From Leptolyngbyaceae cyanobacterium (GTDB taxonomy: Bacteria > Cyanobacteriota > Cyanobacteriia > Phormidesmidales > Phormidesmidaceae): a stretch of DNA of 64,000 bases. The notes beneath the pieces were generated by a model. That model did no database searches. It saw only the letters and a list, made by a program, of their open reading frames with translations, and was not told where the DNA came from. Positions 19,638 through 30,830 of this stretch are shown one piece after another (the first letter of the stretch is position 1; each line of letters starts with the position of its first letter). The position numbers were made by a program, and so were the translations under genes. The stretch covers positions 2,144,001 to 2,208,000 of the forward strand of contig CBDHHL010000056.1 in assembly GCA_965263355.1 (NCBI GenBank). Reading direction: 5' to 3'.

Positions 19638-21065
19638 TCAGCTTGCTAAGTGCATCGATACCACATCCGCTAAAGCATCAGTCCAATAATCAACCAGCTC
19701 AGCATTGGCTGCTTCCACCATCACACGGATAACTGGCTCTGTCCCCGATGCCCGTACTAAGACACGACCTTGATCACCCATAGCCGACTCAGCTGTAGCA
19801 ATTGCCTGCTGAAGGGGCTCACAAGCTGACCAGGAACGTCGCTTTTCACGACTTTCTACTCGTACATTTTTTAACCGTTGAGGATAGGGGGCAAAACTCT
19901 GGTCAATCAAGTCGGGTAAGCAGCATTCCGCTCGCTTGAGCCAATCTGCTAAATGCAGTGCAGTGAGGATGCCATCTCCAGTCAAACTGTAATGATGACA
20001 AAGGATATGACCTGATTGCTCGCCACCAAGCATAGCGCCTCGAGCAACCATTTCGGCATGAACATACTGATCACCTACCTTGGTGCGCACTAGATTACCG
20101 CCTAAGCGCTCCCACGCATGTTCAAAGCCCAGATTGGCCATTACCGTTGAAATGATTGTATTGTCCGGTAACTGCCCCTGCTGTTTCAGAGTTTGTCCCC
20201 AAAAATACAGAATATAGTCACCATTAACAACACGACCCTGACCATCGACAGCCATTACCCGATCGGCATCCCCATCAAAGGCAAACCCGATGTCAGCACT
20301 ATGCTCACTGACAGCAGCTTTGAGGGACTCTAAATGGGTTGACCCACAATTAACATTAATTCGATTACCATCGGCACGGCCATGGATCACAATGACCTCT
20401 GCCCCTGTCGCTTCAAACACGGCTTGGGCAACACGGGCAGCAGCTCCCCATGCAAGATCCAAGACAATCCGCATACCACTCAAATAAGGCTGAGCTGGAA
20501 ATGGCTGATGTAAGAATTCAACGTAGCGCTCCACTAACTCTGGGCGTTGATAGGTTTTCCCCCATTGATTACCAGGGTTAAACGCACCATAACACGAGCC
20601 CTGGCGCAGCGCCTGCTCAATCTGCGCCTGTATAGTTTTCTCCAACTTAGTACCTTGCGGCCCAAAAAATTTAATGCCATTATCCGCAGGTGGATTATGA
20701 CTAGCCGAAATCATAATGCCGCCGACCGTACCAGCTGCTGCTGCCATATAGGCAACTGCCGCTGTGGGACACAATCCCATATCCCATACGTCCAAACCTG
20801 CCGAGGTTAATCCTGCCGCTAACGCTGACGCAATCATCGGACTCGAGTTGCGTGAGTCCTGCCCTAGGACGATCGCATCTGGCTGCTGCTGACGAAGTAT
20901 TTGCCCTGCCCAAAACCCGATTTGAACTGCTAAAGGAGCCGTCAGCAACTCCCCTGCACGACTGCGAATACCATCGGTTCCAAATAGCGGGGTGGTTGGT
21001 AAATCAAACGGTTGCCAACCTATACCAAAGTCTGTCTGTTCAGATCTAAGAGAAAACATTACCAT
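19638..21065 (-). CDS. glmM: phosphoglucosamine mutase
   Basis: FGTDGIR, ISASHNP, FDGDADR, GGEQSGH and RASGTEP motifs. Start moved to ATG 21065 to avoid overlap with the DUF309 gene. Confidence 0.95.
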   Translation of the reverse strand: MVMFSLRSEQTDFGIGWQPFDLPTTPLFGTDGIRSRAGELLTAPLAVQIGFWAGQILRQQQPDAIVLGQDSRNSSPMIASALAAGLTSAGLDVWDMGLCPTAAVAYMAAAAGTVGGIMISASHNPPADNGIKFFGPQGTKLEKTIQAQIEQALRQGSCYGAFNPGNQWGKTYQRPELVERYVEFLHQPFPAQPYLSGMRIVLDLAWGAAARVAQAVFEATGAEVIVIHGRADGNRINVNCGSTHLESLKAAVSEHSADIGFAFDGDADRVMAVDGQGRVVNGDYILYFWGQTLKQQGQLPDNTIISTVMANLGFEHAWERLGGNLVRTKVGDQYVHAEMVARGAMLGGEQSGHILCHHYSLTGDGILTALHLADWLKRAECCLPDLIDQSFAPYPQRLKNVRVESREKRRSWSACEPLQQAIATAESAMGDQGRVLVRASGTEPVIRVMVEAANAELVDYWTDALADVVSMHLAS

Positions 21066-21149
21066 ACTTGACACTCCAAACGACGCACACTCAAAGTGGA
21101 GAATAACATTTGTAAGTTTGTGTAGATTAAAGATTGCTGCAGTCTGCCT

Positions 21150-21614
21150 ATGACTAACTCCGTTAATTCTTTGAATGCTAATGATCAACCGGCTGATTTT
21201 TGGTTGGGAGTTAAGCAATTCAACCAGGGAGACTACTACGCATGTCACGATACGTTAGAAGCCATTTGGCTAGACGCTCATCCAAGCGAGCAGGCGTTTT
21301 ATCAAGGCATTCTTCAAATCGCTGTTGGGCTCTATCACTTGACCAATCTCAATTGGCAAGGAGCTGCCATTTTGCTAGGAGAAGGTAGTCATCGACTAAA
21401 CGCCTATGGAAGATTCCACGGTGGCATTCATGTCACTGACCTCATTAACCAGACCATGGACTGGCTGATTGCTTTGCAAGAAACAGGCCCTGACCACGTG
21501 CAACAGCTGGCATCCGCTTTATTAGAACGATCACCAAAAGCAGTGACGCATTCTCTTGAAAATGGGGATAAATTAATCACGCCCAATATTCAACTCGCAG
21601 ACATTACTAACTGA
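21150..21614 (+). CDS. DUF309-family protein
   Basis: [21 protein letters not shown]...[13 protein letters not shown]. Confidence 0.9.
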   Translation: MTNSVNSLNANDQPADFWLGVKQFNQGDYYACHDTLEAIWLDAHPSEQAFYQGILQIAVGLYHLTNLNWQGAAILLGEGSHRLNAYGRFHGGIHVTDLINQTMDWLIALQETGPDHVQQLASALLERSPKAVTHSLENGDKLITPNIQLADITN

Positions 21615-21851
21615 GTCCCCAAAACACGGGTGTTAGGCGTCAAACTGGCCAACAATACTTTACGAAGTAACTCGCTGCTGAGTCGTTCCCTAGGACAGAG
21701 AAATTTACGTTAGCGCCGTAGCATAGAATAAACTTTCTAATGAGTAGAACCCTTAGAAAATCAGTAACACGAAGGACTTAGCTAATAAAACCAGTCGTAT
21801 AACTGGGCTAAGACTAAGCTTGTATGAAGCCATCAGAAGTTAGATTAGGTA

Positions 21852-22400
21852 GTGGGCAGTAGCAAACAACAAGACATGGTTGTACGACGCGGCAATTTCT
21901 TTCCATTTCCTTTTAACCCATCAATTCAGAACCTTAGTGCTGGAATGTTAGGTTTATTCATCCTAGTTAGTGGTTTAGCCTCCTCCTCCAATGCCCAGTC
22001 TGGAGGGTCTATCAAACTACGCGCAGATGTCCAAGAAGCAAATTCAAATACGGGCATTATTACGGCACGGGGAAATGTCAGGATTGATTATCCCGAAAAA
22101 GCTATTTATGCCACCTCAGCTCAAGCCCAGTACTATAGTCGCGAACGGCGAATTATATTGACAGGTAATGTATTTGTACAACAGGAGGCCAATACTCTAC
22201 AGGCTGAAGTAGTTACTTATCTCATTGATGAGGGGCGATTTGTAGCGACTCCCAATGCAAATGAGCAGGTGGAATCAGTATATGTTCTGCCAGAGCCAGT
22301 AGAAGAATCGAACGCTGCACCTCAGCCCCAAGAACCATCATCACCACTCCCGACCTTACCCGAGGAGTTGCCTGAGTTTGCTATCCCTACTGATGAATAG
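21852..22400 (+). CDS. lptA: LptA/OstA-family LPS transport periplasmic protein
   Basis: LRADVQEANS..G.ITARGNV and ILTGNV; lies upstream of lptB. Start may be ATG 21876. Confidence 0.85.
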   Translation: MGSSKQQDMVVRRGNFFPFPFNPSIQNLSAGMLGLFILVSGLASSSNAQSGGSIKLRADVQEANSNTGIITARGNVRIDYPEKAIYATSAQAQYYSRERRIILTGNVFVQQEANTLQAEVVTYLIDEGRFVATPNANEQVESVYVLPEPVEESNAAPQPQEPSSPLPTLPEELPEFAIPTDE

Positions 22401-23180
22401 ATGCTGTCTCCTGCTGTTGACTCCACCACGAATACATTGACAACGCTGGGGGCTGCCCTTGCCCTGGAAAATGTTTACAAGGCCTATGGCAAACGCACCA
22501 TTGTTCGTGGTGTTAGTTTATCCCTGGCTCAAGGGGAAATTGTTGGGTTGCTGGGGCCTAATGGAGCTGGAAAAACCACAACCTTTTATATGGCAATCGG
22601 TTTAGAGCATCCCGATCAAGGTTCTATACGCTTAAACGATCAAGAAATTACTGGCCTATCCATCCATCAGCGGGCTCGTTTAGGCATTGGGTATTTGGCA
22701 CAAGAAGCAAGTATTTTTCGCAATCTGACGATAAAAGACAACATTCGCTTAGTCATGGAGCAAACTGGCGTTCCTCGTCAGGAATGGCCTGAACGGTTAG
22801 AACGCCTGCTGCGAGAATTTCGATTGGAAAAAGTTTCTAATACGCTAGGCATCCAGGTATCTGGGGGTGAACGTCGGCGTACTGAGCTAGCTCGCGCCCT
22901 GGCTGCGGGGAAACAAGGCCCTGCCTTTCTTTTTTTGGATGAACCTTTTGCTGGAGTTGATCCGATTGCTGTCTCTGAAATTCAGCAGATTGTGTCCCGA
23001 CTACGCGATCGCAATATGGGAATTTTAATCACTGACCATAATGTACGTGAGACCCTACGCATCATTGATCGAGCCTATATCATGAACGATGGTCGCATAT
23101 TAGCTTACGGTAGTGCGGAAGATCTCGCCAATAATCCCCTTGTGCGTGAACATTACTTGGGCGATGGCTTTCAACTATGA
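22401..23180 (+). CDS. lptB: LPS export ABC transporter ATP-binding protein
   Basis: GPNGAGKTT, SGGERRR, LDEPFAGVDPI and ITDHNVRETL. Confidence 0.95.
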   Translation: MLSPAVDSTTNTLTTLGAALALENVYKAYGKRTIVRGVSLSLAQGEIVGLLGPNGAGKTTTFYMAIGLEHPDQGSIRLNDQEITGLSIHQRARLGIGYLAQEASIFRNLTIKDNIRLVMEQTGVPRQEWPERLERLLREFRLEKVSNTLGIQVSGGERRRTELARALAAGKQGPAFLFLDEPFAGVDPIAVSEIQQIVSRLRDRNMGILITDHNVRETLRIIDRAYIMNDGRILAYGSAEDLANNPLVREHYLGDGFQL

Positions 23181-23257
23181 TGTGCCATCTTTGTTTAGAC
23201 GGCCCCCCATGATCAAAGGCTTTGCCCTACTTTACCTGCCCCCATTACCCACCAGTT

Positions 23258-24430
23258 ATGGCCACCACATCCCCATCAAACTTCCCTAGCCTTGGTCTAC
23301 CCTGGTGGCCATCCCTATCGATTATGGATCGATATATCGCCAAAGAGCTTACCCTGCCTTTTCTCTTTGGTGTTGGCGCATTTTCTTCAATTCTGGTATC
23401 TGTGGGTGCCTTGTTTGATCTGATTCGAAAAATCACTGAATCAGGGCTTGACGTGGGTTTGGCAATGCAGGTTTTTGTGCTCAAAATGCCTGAGTTTATA
23501 GTGTTGGCCTTTCCGATGTCGACACTACTAGCCACAATGATGACCTACAGCCGCTTCTCTAGCGATAGCGAGCTAACAGCACTACGAGGATGTGGTGTCA
23601 GCGTTCGTCGTATTATTGCTCCCGCATTGGTCCTGAGCCTTCTCATCACCGGCCTGACTTTTGTATTTAACGAAGTGATTACCCCCGCTGCCAACTATCG
23701 GGCCAAGGTTATGCTCACCCAGGCACTTAACTCTGAAAAGCCTCCCTTTCGGGACAGAAACATTTTTTACAGAGAATATCAGAATGCAGCCGATGGCAGC
23801 GGGCGAGAATTGGGACGATTATTTTATGCCCGTCGATTTAACGGGGAAGAAATGCAAGGCTTAACCATTTTGGACTTTTCTCAGGATGGACTGGAACAAG
23901 TGGTGAGTGCAGAAACCGCCATCTGGAATTTTTCAGATAACGTCTGGACATTTTTTAACGGTACTATTTATGCGATTTCACCCGATGGATCTTTTGGCCA
24001 CATTTTAAAATTTGACCGCCAAGAGTTAAATCTTCCACGTGTACCTCTAGATATAGCATCGCGCAAAAAAGACGATGATGAGATGAATATTGCTGAAACC
24101 CGACAGCACCTCAATCAGATTGTTCGCAAGTCTGGCGATGAAGACAAAATTCGTTTTTGGGAGCTACGACTTTACCAACGCTATGCACTGCCATTCGTTT
24201 GTATCGTTTTTGGTCTCGTTGGTTCAGCGGTTGGAATTCATCCTCAGCGCACGGGCAAAGCTACCAGTTTTGGCCTCAGCATCATCATTATATTTGGTTA
24301 TTACCTAGTTGGATTTCTTGCTGATGCCTTTGGCAAAGTAGGTACGCTTAATCCTGTGGCGGCGGCTTGGCTACCTCCTCTTCTAGGCTTAGCTGTCGGT
24401 GGACTCTTGGTCATACGAGCATCCAAATAG
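23258..24430 (+). CDS. LptF/LptG-family permease
   Basis: IMDRYI, SELTALRGCGVS, six-TM layout; in operon with lptAB. Confidence 0.92.
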   Translation: MATTSPSNFPSLGLPWWPSLSIMDRYIAKELTLPFLFGVGAFSSILVSVGALFDLIRKITESGLDVGLAMQVFVLKMPEFIVLAFPMSTLLATMMTYSRFSSDSELTALRGCGVSVRRIIAPALVLSLLITGLTFVFNEVITPAANYRAKVMLTQALNSEKPPFRDRNIFYREYQNAADGSGRELGRLFYARRFNGEEMQGLTILDFSQDGLEQVVSAETAIWNFSDNVWTFFNGTIYAISPDGSFGHILKFDRQELNLPRVPLDIASRKKDDDEMNIAETRQHLNQIVRKSGDEDKIRFWELRLYQRYALPFVCIVFGLVGSAVGIHPQRTGKATSFGLSIIIIFGYYLVGFLADAFGKVGTLNPVAAAWLPPLLGLAVGGLLVIRASK

Positions 24431-24503
24431 CGGCAGTAACGCGTTTGGTGGCATAGCTGCACCATTGCCAGCTAAATTAAGGTGATCTAACGATTGCACA
24501 TCC

Positions 24504-26720
24504 ATGACGTCGCATTCCCCTGAATCGTCTTCTAAAGTTATTGAATCTACCTCTACCGGTCTAGGGACCTTTGGTGGTGTCTTTACGCCATCTATTCTGA
24601 CCATTTTGGGGGTAATTATGTATCTCCGTTTTGGCTGGGTAGTCGGCCAAATGGGATTAGTAAATACACTACTAATTGTTACTATTTCAACCGCAATTAC
24701 ATTTATTACCGGACTATCTATTAGCGCGATCGCAACTGATCAAGTTGTTCGAGCAGGCGGTGCGTACTATATGATAAGCCGCTCTCTCGGCATCGAGACA
24801 GGCGGTGCTGTCGGCATTCCCCTCTATTTCGCCCAAGCATTTTCGGTTGCTCTATACACGATTGGTTTTGCAGAAAGCGTCAATAGTGCGTTTCCCAATT
24901 TTCCGATTACCATTACCCTGCTAGCACTGGTAACGACTATTGCGATTACAGCCTTAGCGTTAAAGTCAGCTGATATTGCCATCAAGGCTCAGTACGTGAT
25001 CATGGCAGCAATTGTCCTGTCATTGGTTAGTCTAGTCTTTGGCAACCCTGTCCCTGCCGCCGAATTACCGGTTACCGAAGAGGCAGGCAGTGTAAGTTTT
25101 TGGGCCGTTTTAGCCGTTTTCTTCCCCGCTGTAACCGGTATCATGTCGGGGGTCAACATGTCTGGCGATCTCAAAGATCCTAAAAAGTCGATTCCCATGG
25201 GTACCCTGGCAGCGGTAGGGGTGGGCTATGTGATTTATATGGGTATCCCCGTATTGTTAAGCAATCGTGCGGATCCAGCTAGCCTCATCGCAGACCCTCT
25301 GATTATGCGAAAAATTGCCATCTGGGGTGATGCTATTTTGCTGGGGGTCTGGGGTGCAACTCTATCTAGTGCCCTGGGCAGCATCTTAGGGGCTCCTCGG
25401 GTATTGCAAGCACTGGCACGAGATAATATTTTGCCAAAGCGGCTACGCTGGTTAGGCAAAGGCCACGGCCCCACCGATGAACCTAGACTAGGTACGTTAT
25501 TTACCCTAGGCGTAGTTCTCGCAGTGGTCTGTATTGGTGATTTAGATGCGATCGCACCAGTGCTCACCATGTTTTTCCTCACTACCTACATGGTGCTAAA
25601 CGTTGCAGCTGGCATTGAAGGATTTCTGCAAAGTCCCTCATTTCGACCTACTTTTCGGATCCCCTGGTATATTTCTCTACTAGGAGCATTAGGCTGTATT
25701 GCCATTATGTTCTTAATCAATCCAGCTGCAACCGTCGTTGCCGCTATGATTGTTCTAAGTATTTACCTATGGCTAGAGCGGCGTGAAATTCGAACTACCT
25801 GGGGAGACGTCCGCCAAGGTATCTGGCTGTCTCTAGTTCGTGCTGGCCTCCACAACATTGCCGACAGCGCTGACCCCAAAAACTGGCGGCCTCACCTGCT
25901 AGTCCTTTCAGGTGCACCAACCAAGCGTTGGCACTTGATTGAACTGGCCACAGACTTTACCCACAATCGCGGCTTAATTACCGTAGCTAGTATTCTTCCC
26001 ACTGGTGCTCGCAACCTAAAGCAACAAGAACAGATGCGCGGTACTATCCGTGACTATTTAGAAAAACGAGGCATCCAGGCTTTTGTAAAATTGATTGAAG
26101 CAACGGATACCTCTACCGGAGCCCAACAGCTGATTGATACCTATGGCATTGGCCCATTAATGCCCAACACAGTACTTCTAGGCGATACTGAAACCGCTGA
26201 TTATGAATCACGAGAACGGTACTGCCAAATTATTAGTAAATGTCACCAAGCCAAACGAAACATCATTATCCTTAGAAATCCTCCCAGCCAAATGCCCCAG
26301 CTACCAGAACGCATCGATGTCTGGTGGGGTGGTCTCCAAGCAAATGGAGGACTGATGCTCATTTTAGCCTATTTGTTACGTACAGGTATGCGATGGCGGT
26401 CAGCTGATATCTATCTAAATCTCGTCGTCTCCAACCAAGCTGCAGCCCAAGCTGCTCAAACTAACCTAAATAAGCTGATTGAAACCCTCAGCATTGGTGC
26501 CCAATCCAACATTATTGTTGCCGGAAGTCGTCCATTCGATACCATTTTGAGAAACTCGTCTGCTACGGCAGATCTAATTTTGATGGGCCTTGCAACACCA
26601 GACAATCAGTTTCCCGAGTACTACGCATCTTTACAGAACAAAACTTTAGGCATGCCGCCTACCATTTTTGTCCTTGCCGCCGAAGACCTAGCCTTTTCAG
26701 AATTACTACAAAAAGAATAA
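24504..26720 (+). CDS. cation-chloride cotransporter (SLC12/Na-K-Cl family)
   Basis: GTFGGVFTPSILTILGVIMYLR, GGAYYMISRSLG, FFPAVTGIMSG, KNWRPHLLVL and IDVWW. Confidence 0.93.
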   Translation: MTSHSPESSSKVIESTSTGLGTFGGVFTPSILTILGVIMYLRFGWVVGQMGLVNTLLIVTISTAITFITGLSISAIATDQVVRAGGAYYMISRSLGIETGGAVGIPLYFAQAFSVALYTIGFAESVNSAFPNFPITITLLALVTTIAITALALKSADIAIKAQYVIMAAIVLSLVSLVFGNPVPAAELPVTEEAGSVSFWAVLAVFFPAVTGIMSGVNMSGDLKDPKKSIPMGTLAAVGVGYVIYMGIPVLLSNRADPASLIADPLIMRKIAIWGDAILLGVWGATLSSALGSILGAPRVLQALARDNILPKRLRWLGKGHGPTDEPRLGTLFTLGVVLAVVCIGDLDAIAPVLTMFFLTTYMVLNVAAGIEGFLQSPSFRPTFRIPWYISLLGALGCIAIMFLINPAATVVAAMIVLSIYLWLERREIRTTWGDVRQGIWLSLVRAGLHNIADSADPKNWRPHLLVLSGAPTKRWHLIELATDFTHNRGLITVASILPTGARNLKQQEQMRGTIRDYLEKRGIQAFVKLIEATDTSTGAQQLIDTYGIGPLMPNTVLLGDTETADYESRERYCQIISKCHQAKRNIIILRNPPSQMPQLPERIDVWWGGLQANGGLMLILAYLLRTGMRWRSADIYLNLVVSNQAAAQAAQTNLNKLIETLSIGAQSNIIVAGSRPFDTILRNSSATADLILMGLATPDNQFPEYYASLQNKTLGMPPTIFVLAAEDLAFSELLQKE

Positions 26721-26807
26721 GGTTCAATCAGAAAGCTACCTACTAACTACACAAATTTACTCATTGCGAAATCTTCACACAGGAAGTTTGCCTCAAAATC
26801 AAATTCT

Positions 26808-26990
26808 TTACTCAACTACACGTAAGCGCCCCTGGTTCAGAGCATCATAAATTTGATTAATTAACATCTTATCGTTGGCACTGATATTATTGCCAGCAAA
26901 CATTGCCATCAAAACACTCTGATCCGCGCGCGTAATACGGCGAGTCGCAAAGATTTTGGCAACCATTTCTTCTACTGATTGAATAGCCAT
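26808..26990 (-). CDS. small conserved cyanobacterial hypothetical protein
   Basis: 60 aa; pattern (IFATRRITR.D...L.....I..IYDAL..GRLRVV) recognised from other cyanobacterial small proteins. Confidence 0.75.
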   Translation of the reverse strand: MAIQSVEEMVAKIFATRRITRADQSVLMAMFAGNNISANDKMLINQIYDALNQGRLRVVE

Positions 26991-27504
26991 AAAAAAGATT
27001 TACCCACAAATCCAGAGAGATAGCATCGCACCCCAACGGCCAAGGACAGGTATAAAATAAAACACACAGCCTGGTTGTTTTACATACCTCAATCTATAGG
27101 GTCTGCCACAGACTCACATCCGTAAGATACCGTATTTCAATTATTAGACTATGGGGACTACCCATGGGTGCTTATGCTCTCGTCATACTAATTCTTTAAA
27201 CTGAGTACGCTTGAGATGCTGAACACCAGTAAATACACTGACACCCTCAACAACCCATGACTGCAATGCCTTCCTAAAAACCTCTCTATCCATTTTTTGA
27301 CAAGACATACAGCTATATTGCCTCATGCCAAAGCTGTTGCCTCCTAACAAGGGGTTCCCTTTAAAGTTGGCCAATTTTTGCTGAGAACTATCCGTAAATC
27401 CCCCTAAAAAGCATGTTACTTAAGACTTCAAGTATTTATTTGTTCTTTACACTGCAAGCATAATAGTCTTCTGACTCCAGCTCTTACTATTAGCATTGAC
27501 CATA

Positions 27505-27544
27505 TTTAAAGACCTAGGACGCTTGAGCATCCTAGGTCTTTAAA
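27505..27544 (-). terminator. inverted repeat downstream of rpe
   Basis: TTTAAAGACCTAGGA-N10-TCCTAGGTCTTTAAA. Confidence 0.7.
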
Positions 27545-27648
27545 ATACTGAGCATCGCTCGTAAAGTTAACGATACCTATTCAAAATGAAGTCTTGCCAT
27601 TACTGATTAGAACACTCGCATTGAAATTCAAAAGGATACAAGCTATGA

Positions 27649-28350
27649 CTAAACAGCTGCCAATTCAGGCGTAGGGCGTTTACTATTACGAATACTGCTA
27701 ATTGCTTCAGCGTAGTCTGGCGCTTTAAAGACAGCAGAACCAGCAACAATAGCATTTGCCCCTGCTTCTAACACCTGCCAAGTATTATGTGACTTTAAAC
27801 CACCATCAACTTCAATCCATGGATCCAAACCACGCTCATCACACATCTGACGCAGTTTACGAATCTTGGGTAGGATCTCAGGAATAAAACTTTGTCCCCC
27901 AAAGCCAGGATTTACACTCATAATCAGTACCAGGTCACACAACTCTAGTACATAATCAATTAATTCTAACGGCGTCGATGGGTTCAGCACAACACCTGCT
28001 TGCTTCCCCAAGTCGCGAATCCGACTAAGAGTGCTATGCAAATGAGGTGACGCATTATGTTCTGCATGTACAGAAATAATATCTGCTCCCGCTTTAGCAA
28101 AGCCTTCAATATACTTCTCGGGCTCCACAATCATTAAGTGAACATCGAGAGGCTTTTGTGTAATGGGCCGAATTGCCTCGACAATTAACGGGCCAATCGT
28201 GATGTTAGGTACAAATCGACCATCCATCACATCAACATGAATCCAATCTGCACCAGCTTCATCCGCTGCACGAATTTCATCGCCCAAGCGACTAAAATCA
28301 GCCGATAAAATAGATGGGGAAATAACAACAGATTTTTTTGATTGCGTCAT
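27649..28350 (-). CDS. rpe: ribulose-phosphate 3-epimerase
   Basis: [32 protein letters not shown] and EVDGG. Confidence 0.98.
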   Translation of the reverse strand: MTQSKKSVVISPSILSADFSRLGDEIRAADEAGADWIHVDVMDGRFVPNITIGPLIVEAIRPITQKPLDVHLMIVEPEKYIEGFAKAGADIISVHAEHNASPHLHSTLSRIRDLGKQAGVVLNPSTPLELIDYVLELCDLVLIMSVNPGFGGQSFIPEILPKIRKLRQMCDERGLDPWIEVDGGLKSHNTWQVLEAGANAIVAGSAVFKAPDYAEAISSIRNSKRPTPELAAV

Positions 28351-28457
28351 GGGAACTGGCCTCTAGTAATCACAATTAATGGTCACTATCGTAACAAAAA
28401 CTTAGTATCAAAATCGTTACAAACTGCTCTAGCTGATGCAATTCATCCTCTTGAAGT

Positions 28458-30167
28458 ATGTATATGGAAGTCTCCATGGAAATTTTTCAGCAACTATTTA
28501 ATCGTTCTAGCTCCATGAAGAAAACTGACATCAAGCACCTATTTCTTCCTATTACGCTGTTTACAGGAGTAATAGGTGGACTTCCAGTCCTAGCTCTTTC
28601 TGTATCCGTTGGCCCGAATGGAATTGACGCCCGTCGTTTACATCAAGCTCCGTATCACCTCACAGGCAAAAAAATCGCGATTGGCCAAGTCGAAGGTGGA
28701 CGTCCTGGACTATTTGGTACGGATAAACTGGCAATTCCCAATAACCCAGTCACCGTTCATCAAGTCCTGCAGCTGAATGACTCTGCCATTGCTGACGAGT
28801 TCGTTGATAACCATGCAAATCATGTGGCCAGTGTCATGATCAGTCGGGATAAGAGGCTCACTGGTGTAGCGCCTGATGCCACTCTATTTTCTGCCGCTAT
28901 TGGCGCCCTTGAAGGTGAACTTAGTGGTCAACCCCAAGAATGTTTAACTACACAGCACATCGCCCTTCGTAACAGCGATGATGTGCGGGCGATTAATTTT
29001 AGCTTTGGCGAACCTTTAGTCAGCGACCCCCGACCTAATGCTAGTCTTGACGGGAATGCTCTACTGACACAGTGCATTGATTGGTCAAGTATTACCCATA
29101 AGACGCTGTACGTCATTGCAGGTAACCAAGGAGGCGGTGGCATACCTATTCCTACGGATAATTTCAATGGCATCAACGTTGCCTATTCAACTCAGGTGAA
29201 TGGACAGTTCGTCAAAGTTGACTATGCCAATGCTGGTAGTGAACCTACATTTAGCCCGCGTGGAACAGCTGAACCAGAGTCTAACGTTGGGCCTCGACGC
29301 TCTATTAATTTAATTGCCCCTGGAGACGACATTAACATGCTGAATCCCGACGGGCAGGAGATTTTTAGTAGTGGCTCTAGTTTTGCGGCTCCACATGTCG
29401 CTGCGACAGTAGCATTATTACAAGAGTGGGGTGACCGGCAGATTCGAACGGCTGGCTGGAGTTTAGATGCCCGTGAACCCATTGTGATGAAAGCAGTTTT
29501 ACTCAATGCTGCCGATAAATTGATGGATCAAGGGGATGGCCAGAATCTAGGAATGGGAAAAACCCTACTAGATGAAGCCAATCTAACTTGGCTGGACTCC
29601 GATGCCTATCGCGATCCCAAAGTTCCACTACATGCAGAACTAGGCACTGGCCAACTAAATGCCTTTCGGGCTTACGAACAATTCAATGCTGGCCAATGGC
29701 GTCTTGGTTCTGTGCCACTCAGAGGATGGGCTTATAACTCGCTATCTGCCGCTTCTGATAAACCGGTAGAGCTAGGGTCTGACTACACTGACTATGTCAT
29801 GAATAGTCCTCTTCAAGAAGGTAGTTACTTTGCGGCTACTTTGACATGGGAACGTCCAGTTTCATTGCTAGACAGCAATAATAATGGCCTCTATGACATT
29901 GGTGAAAGCTTTGAGAATGAGGGGCTTAATAACTTGAATCTTTACCTGATGCCGATCGACGAAGAGGATACGGACAAAAGCATTTGGTCATCAGTCAGCG
30001 ATGTAGACAGCGTCGAACATATCTTTTACAAAATCCCTGAAACTGGGCGTTATAAACTGAGGGTCGTCTACTCACAGCAAGTAAATGCCCAAGCCGATCA
30101 ACCCTACGCACTAGCCTGGTGGGGAGTAGGCGAATCAGCCCAAACCAGCAACAGCCCACAGCCATGA
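28458..30167 (+). CDS. S8 subtilisin-like serine peptidase
   Basis: HANHVA (His), AGN oxyanion residue, GSSFAAPHVA (Ser); IGQVE at the catalytic Asp position. Confidence 0.88.
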   Translation: MYMEVSMEIFQQLFNRSSSMKKTDIKHLFLPITLFTGVIGGLPVLALSVSVGPNGIDARRLHQAPYHLTGKKIAIGQVEGGRPGLFGTDKLAIPNNPVTVHQVLQLNDSAIADEFVDNHANHVASVMISRDKRLTGVAPDATLFSAAIGALEGELSGQPQECLTTQHIALRNSDDVRAINFSFGEPLVSDPRPNASLDGNALLTQCIDWSSITHKTLYVIAGNQGGGGIPIPTDNFNGINVAYSTQVNGQFVKVDYANAGSEPTFSPRGTAEPESNVGPRRSINLIAPGDDINMLNPDGQEIFSSGSSFAAPHVAATVALLQEWGDRQIRTAGWSLDAREPIVMKAVLLNAADKLMDQGDGQNLGMGKTLLDEANLTWLDSDAYRDPKVPLHAELGTGQLNAFRAYEQFNAGQWRLGSVPLRGWAYNSLSAASDKPVELGSDYTDYVMNSPLQEGSYFAATLTWERPVSLLDSNNNGLYDIGESFENEGLNNLNLYLMPIDEEDTDKSIWSSVSDVDSVEHIFYKIPETGRYKLRVVYSQQVNAQADQPYALAWWGVGESAQTSNSPQP

Positions 30168-30439
30168 GCAATATTCAAATTAACCACCAGCCCACAAAAA
30201 CTGAACTAGAAGCCATGGGAGTGTTTTCATGGCCTATTTGGCAAAAAGAAGCATCAGAGTTTCCTTGGTACTACGACCTAACAGAAACTTGCTACTTTCT
30301 AACTGGAAAAGTAACGGTTACACCAGACCAAGGGGAACCTGTGTCTATGGGTCAAGGTGATTTAGTTACCTTTCCTGCTGGCATGAGCTGCTATTGGTAC
30401 ATTGAAACTGATGTCAGCAAACATTATTCGTTTGGCTAA
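30164..30439 (+). CDS. cupin (Cupin_3/EutQ-like) protein
   Basis: MSNIQI...WPIW.KE.SEFPWYY...ETCY.L.G.V...GDLVTFPAG. ATGA overlap with the peptidase stop. Confidence 0.9.
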   Translation: MSNIQINHQPTKTELEAMGVFSWPIWQKEASEFPWYYDLTETCYFLTGKVTVTPDQGEPVSMGQGDLVTFPAGMSCYWYIETDVSKHYSFG

Positions 30440-30505
30440 TTTAGTGAAATACTGTCAAAGCTAAAAATTTAGGTTAGGACAGTGAGCGGTAAACAGTGTT
30501 TTCAC

Positions 30506-30551
30506 ATAAAAGTGTCCCCTTGAACCCATGGGTTCAAGGGGACACTTTTAT
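30506..30551. terminator. 46-bp perfect palindrome between convergent genes (bidirectional terminator)
   Basis: ATAAAAGTGTCCCCTTGAACCCA|TGGGTTCAAGGGGACACTTTTAT, with T-tracts on both strands. Confidence 0.85.
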
Positions 30552-30570
30552 AAATTTAACCATGGTGACT

Positions 30571-30738
30571 TTAGGCATTCTTGAGTAGGTGCTTCACCAA
30601 ATTGTCCTTCACCATCATCTGGCGCATAACCTCCACCACATAGTTTTGAGCATCTTCATGGGAAAGGTTACGCACCTGATCCTTCAAGACCTGTAGTTGA
30701 AACTGTTGCTCCAATGTTAACTGACCTGGCATATCCAT
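30571..30738 (-). CDS. nblA: phycobilisome degradation protein NblA
   Basis: LTLEQQF.L......V..LS.E.AQ.Y......QMMVKDNL. GGAGGAG RBS precedes ATG 30738. Confidence 0.93.
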   Translation of the reverse strand: MDMPGQLTLEQQFQLQVLKDQVRNLSHEDAQNYVVEVMRQMMVKDNLVKHLLKNA

Positions 30739-30801
30739 CAGATCACTCCTCCAATAAATCACTGTTAACGACAGCAGTATTGCTGCCTGTACTTATCAGA
30801 A

Positions 30802-30830
30802 ATTTTAGCTGCAATGCAATTAAACGTCAA
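30802..30830 (-). promoter_or_regulatory. sigma70-type promoter of nblA
   Basis: TTGACG-N17-TAAAAT on the minus strand, 64 bp upstream of the ATG. Confidence 0.6.

Noticed and set aside
21066..21248. 61-codon N-terminal extension of GlmM
   Set aside because: It overlaps the divergent DUF309 gene; ATG 21065 is the more plausible start.
27118..27405. Recurring intergenic TCCGTAA motif (also near 1486 and 9790)
   Set aside because: Too short to distinguish from chance without a genome-wide motif test.
28391..28420. NtcA-like GTA...TAC sites here, near 34754 and at 63767
   Set aside because: The spacing is N10, not the GTA-N8-TAC consensus.
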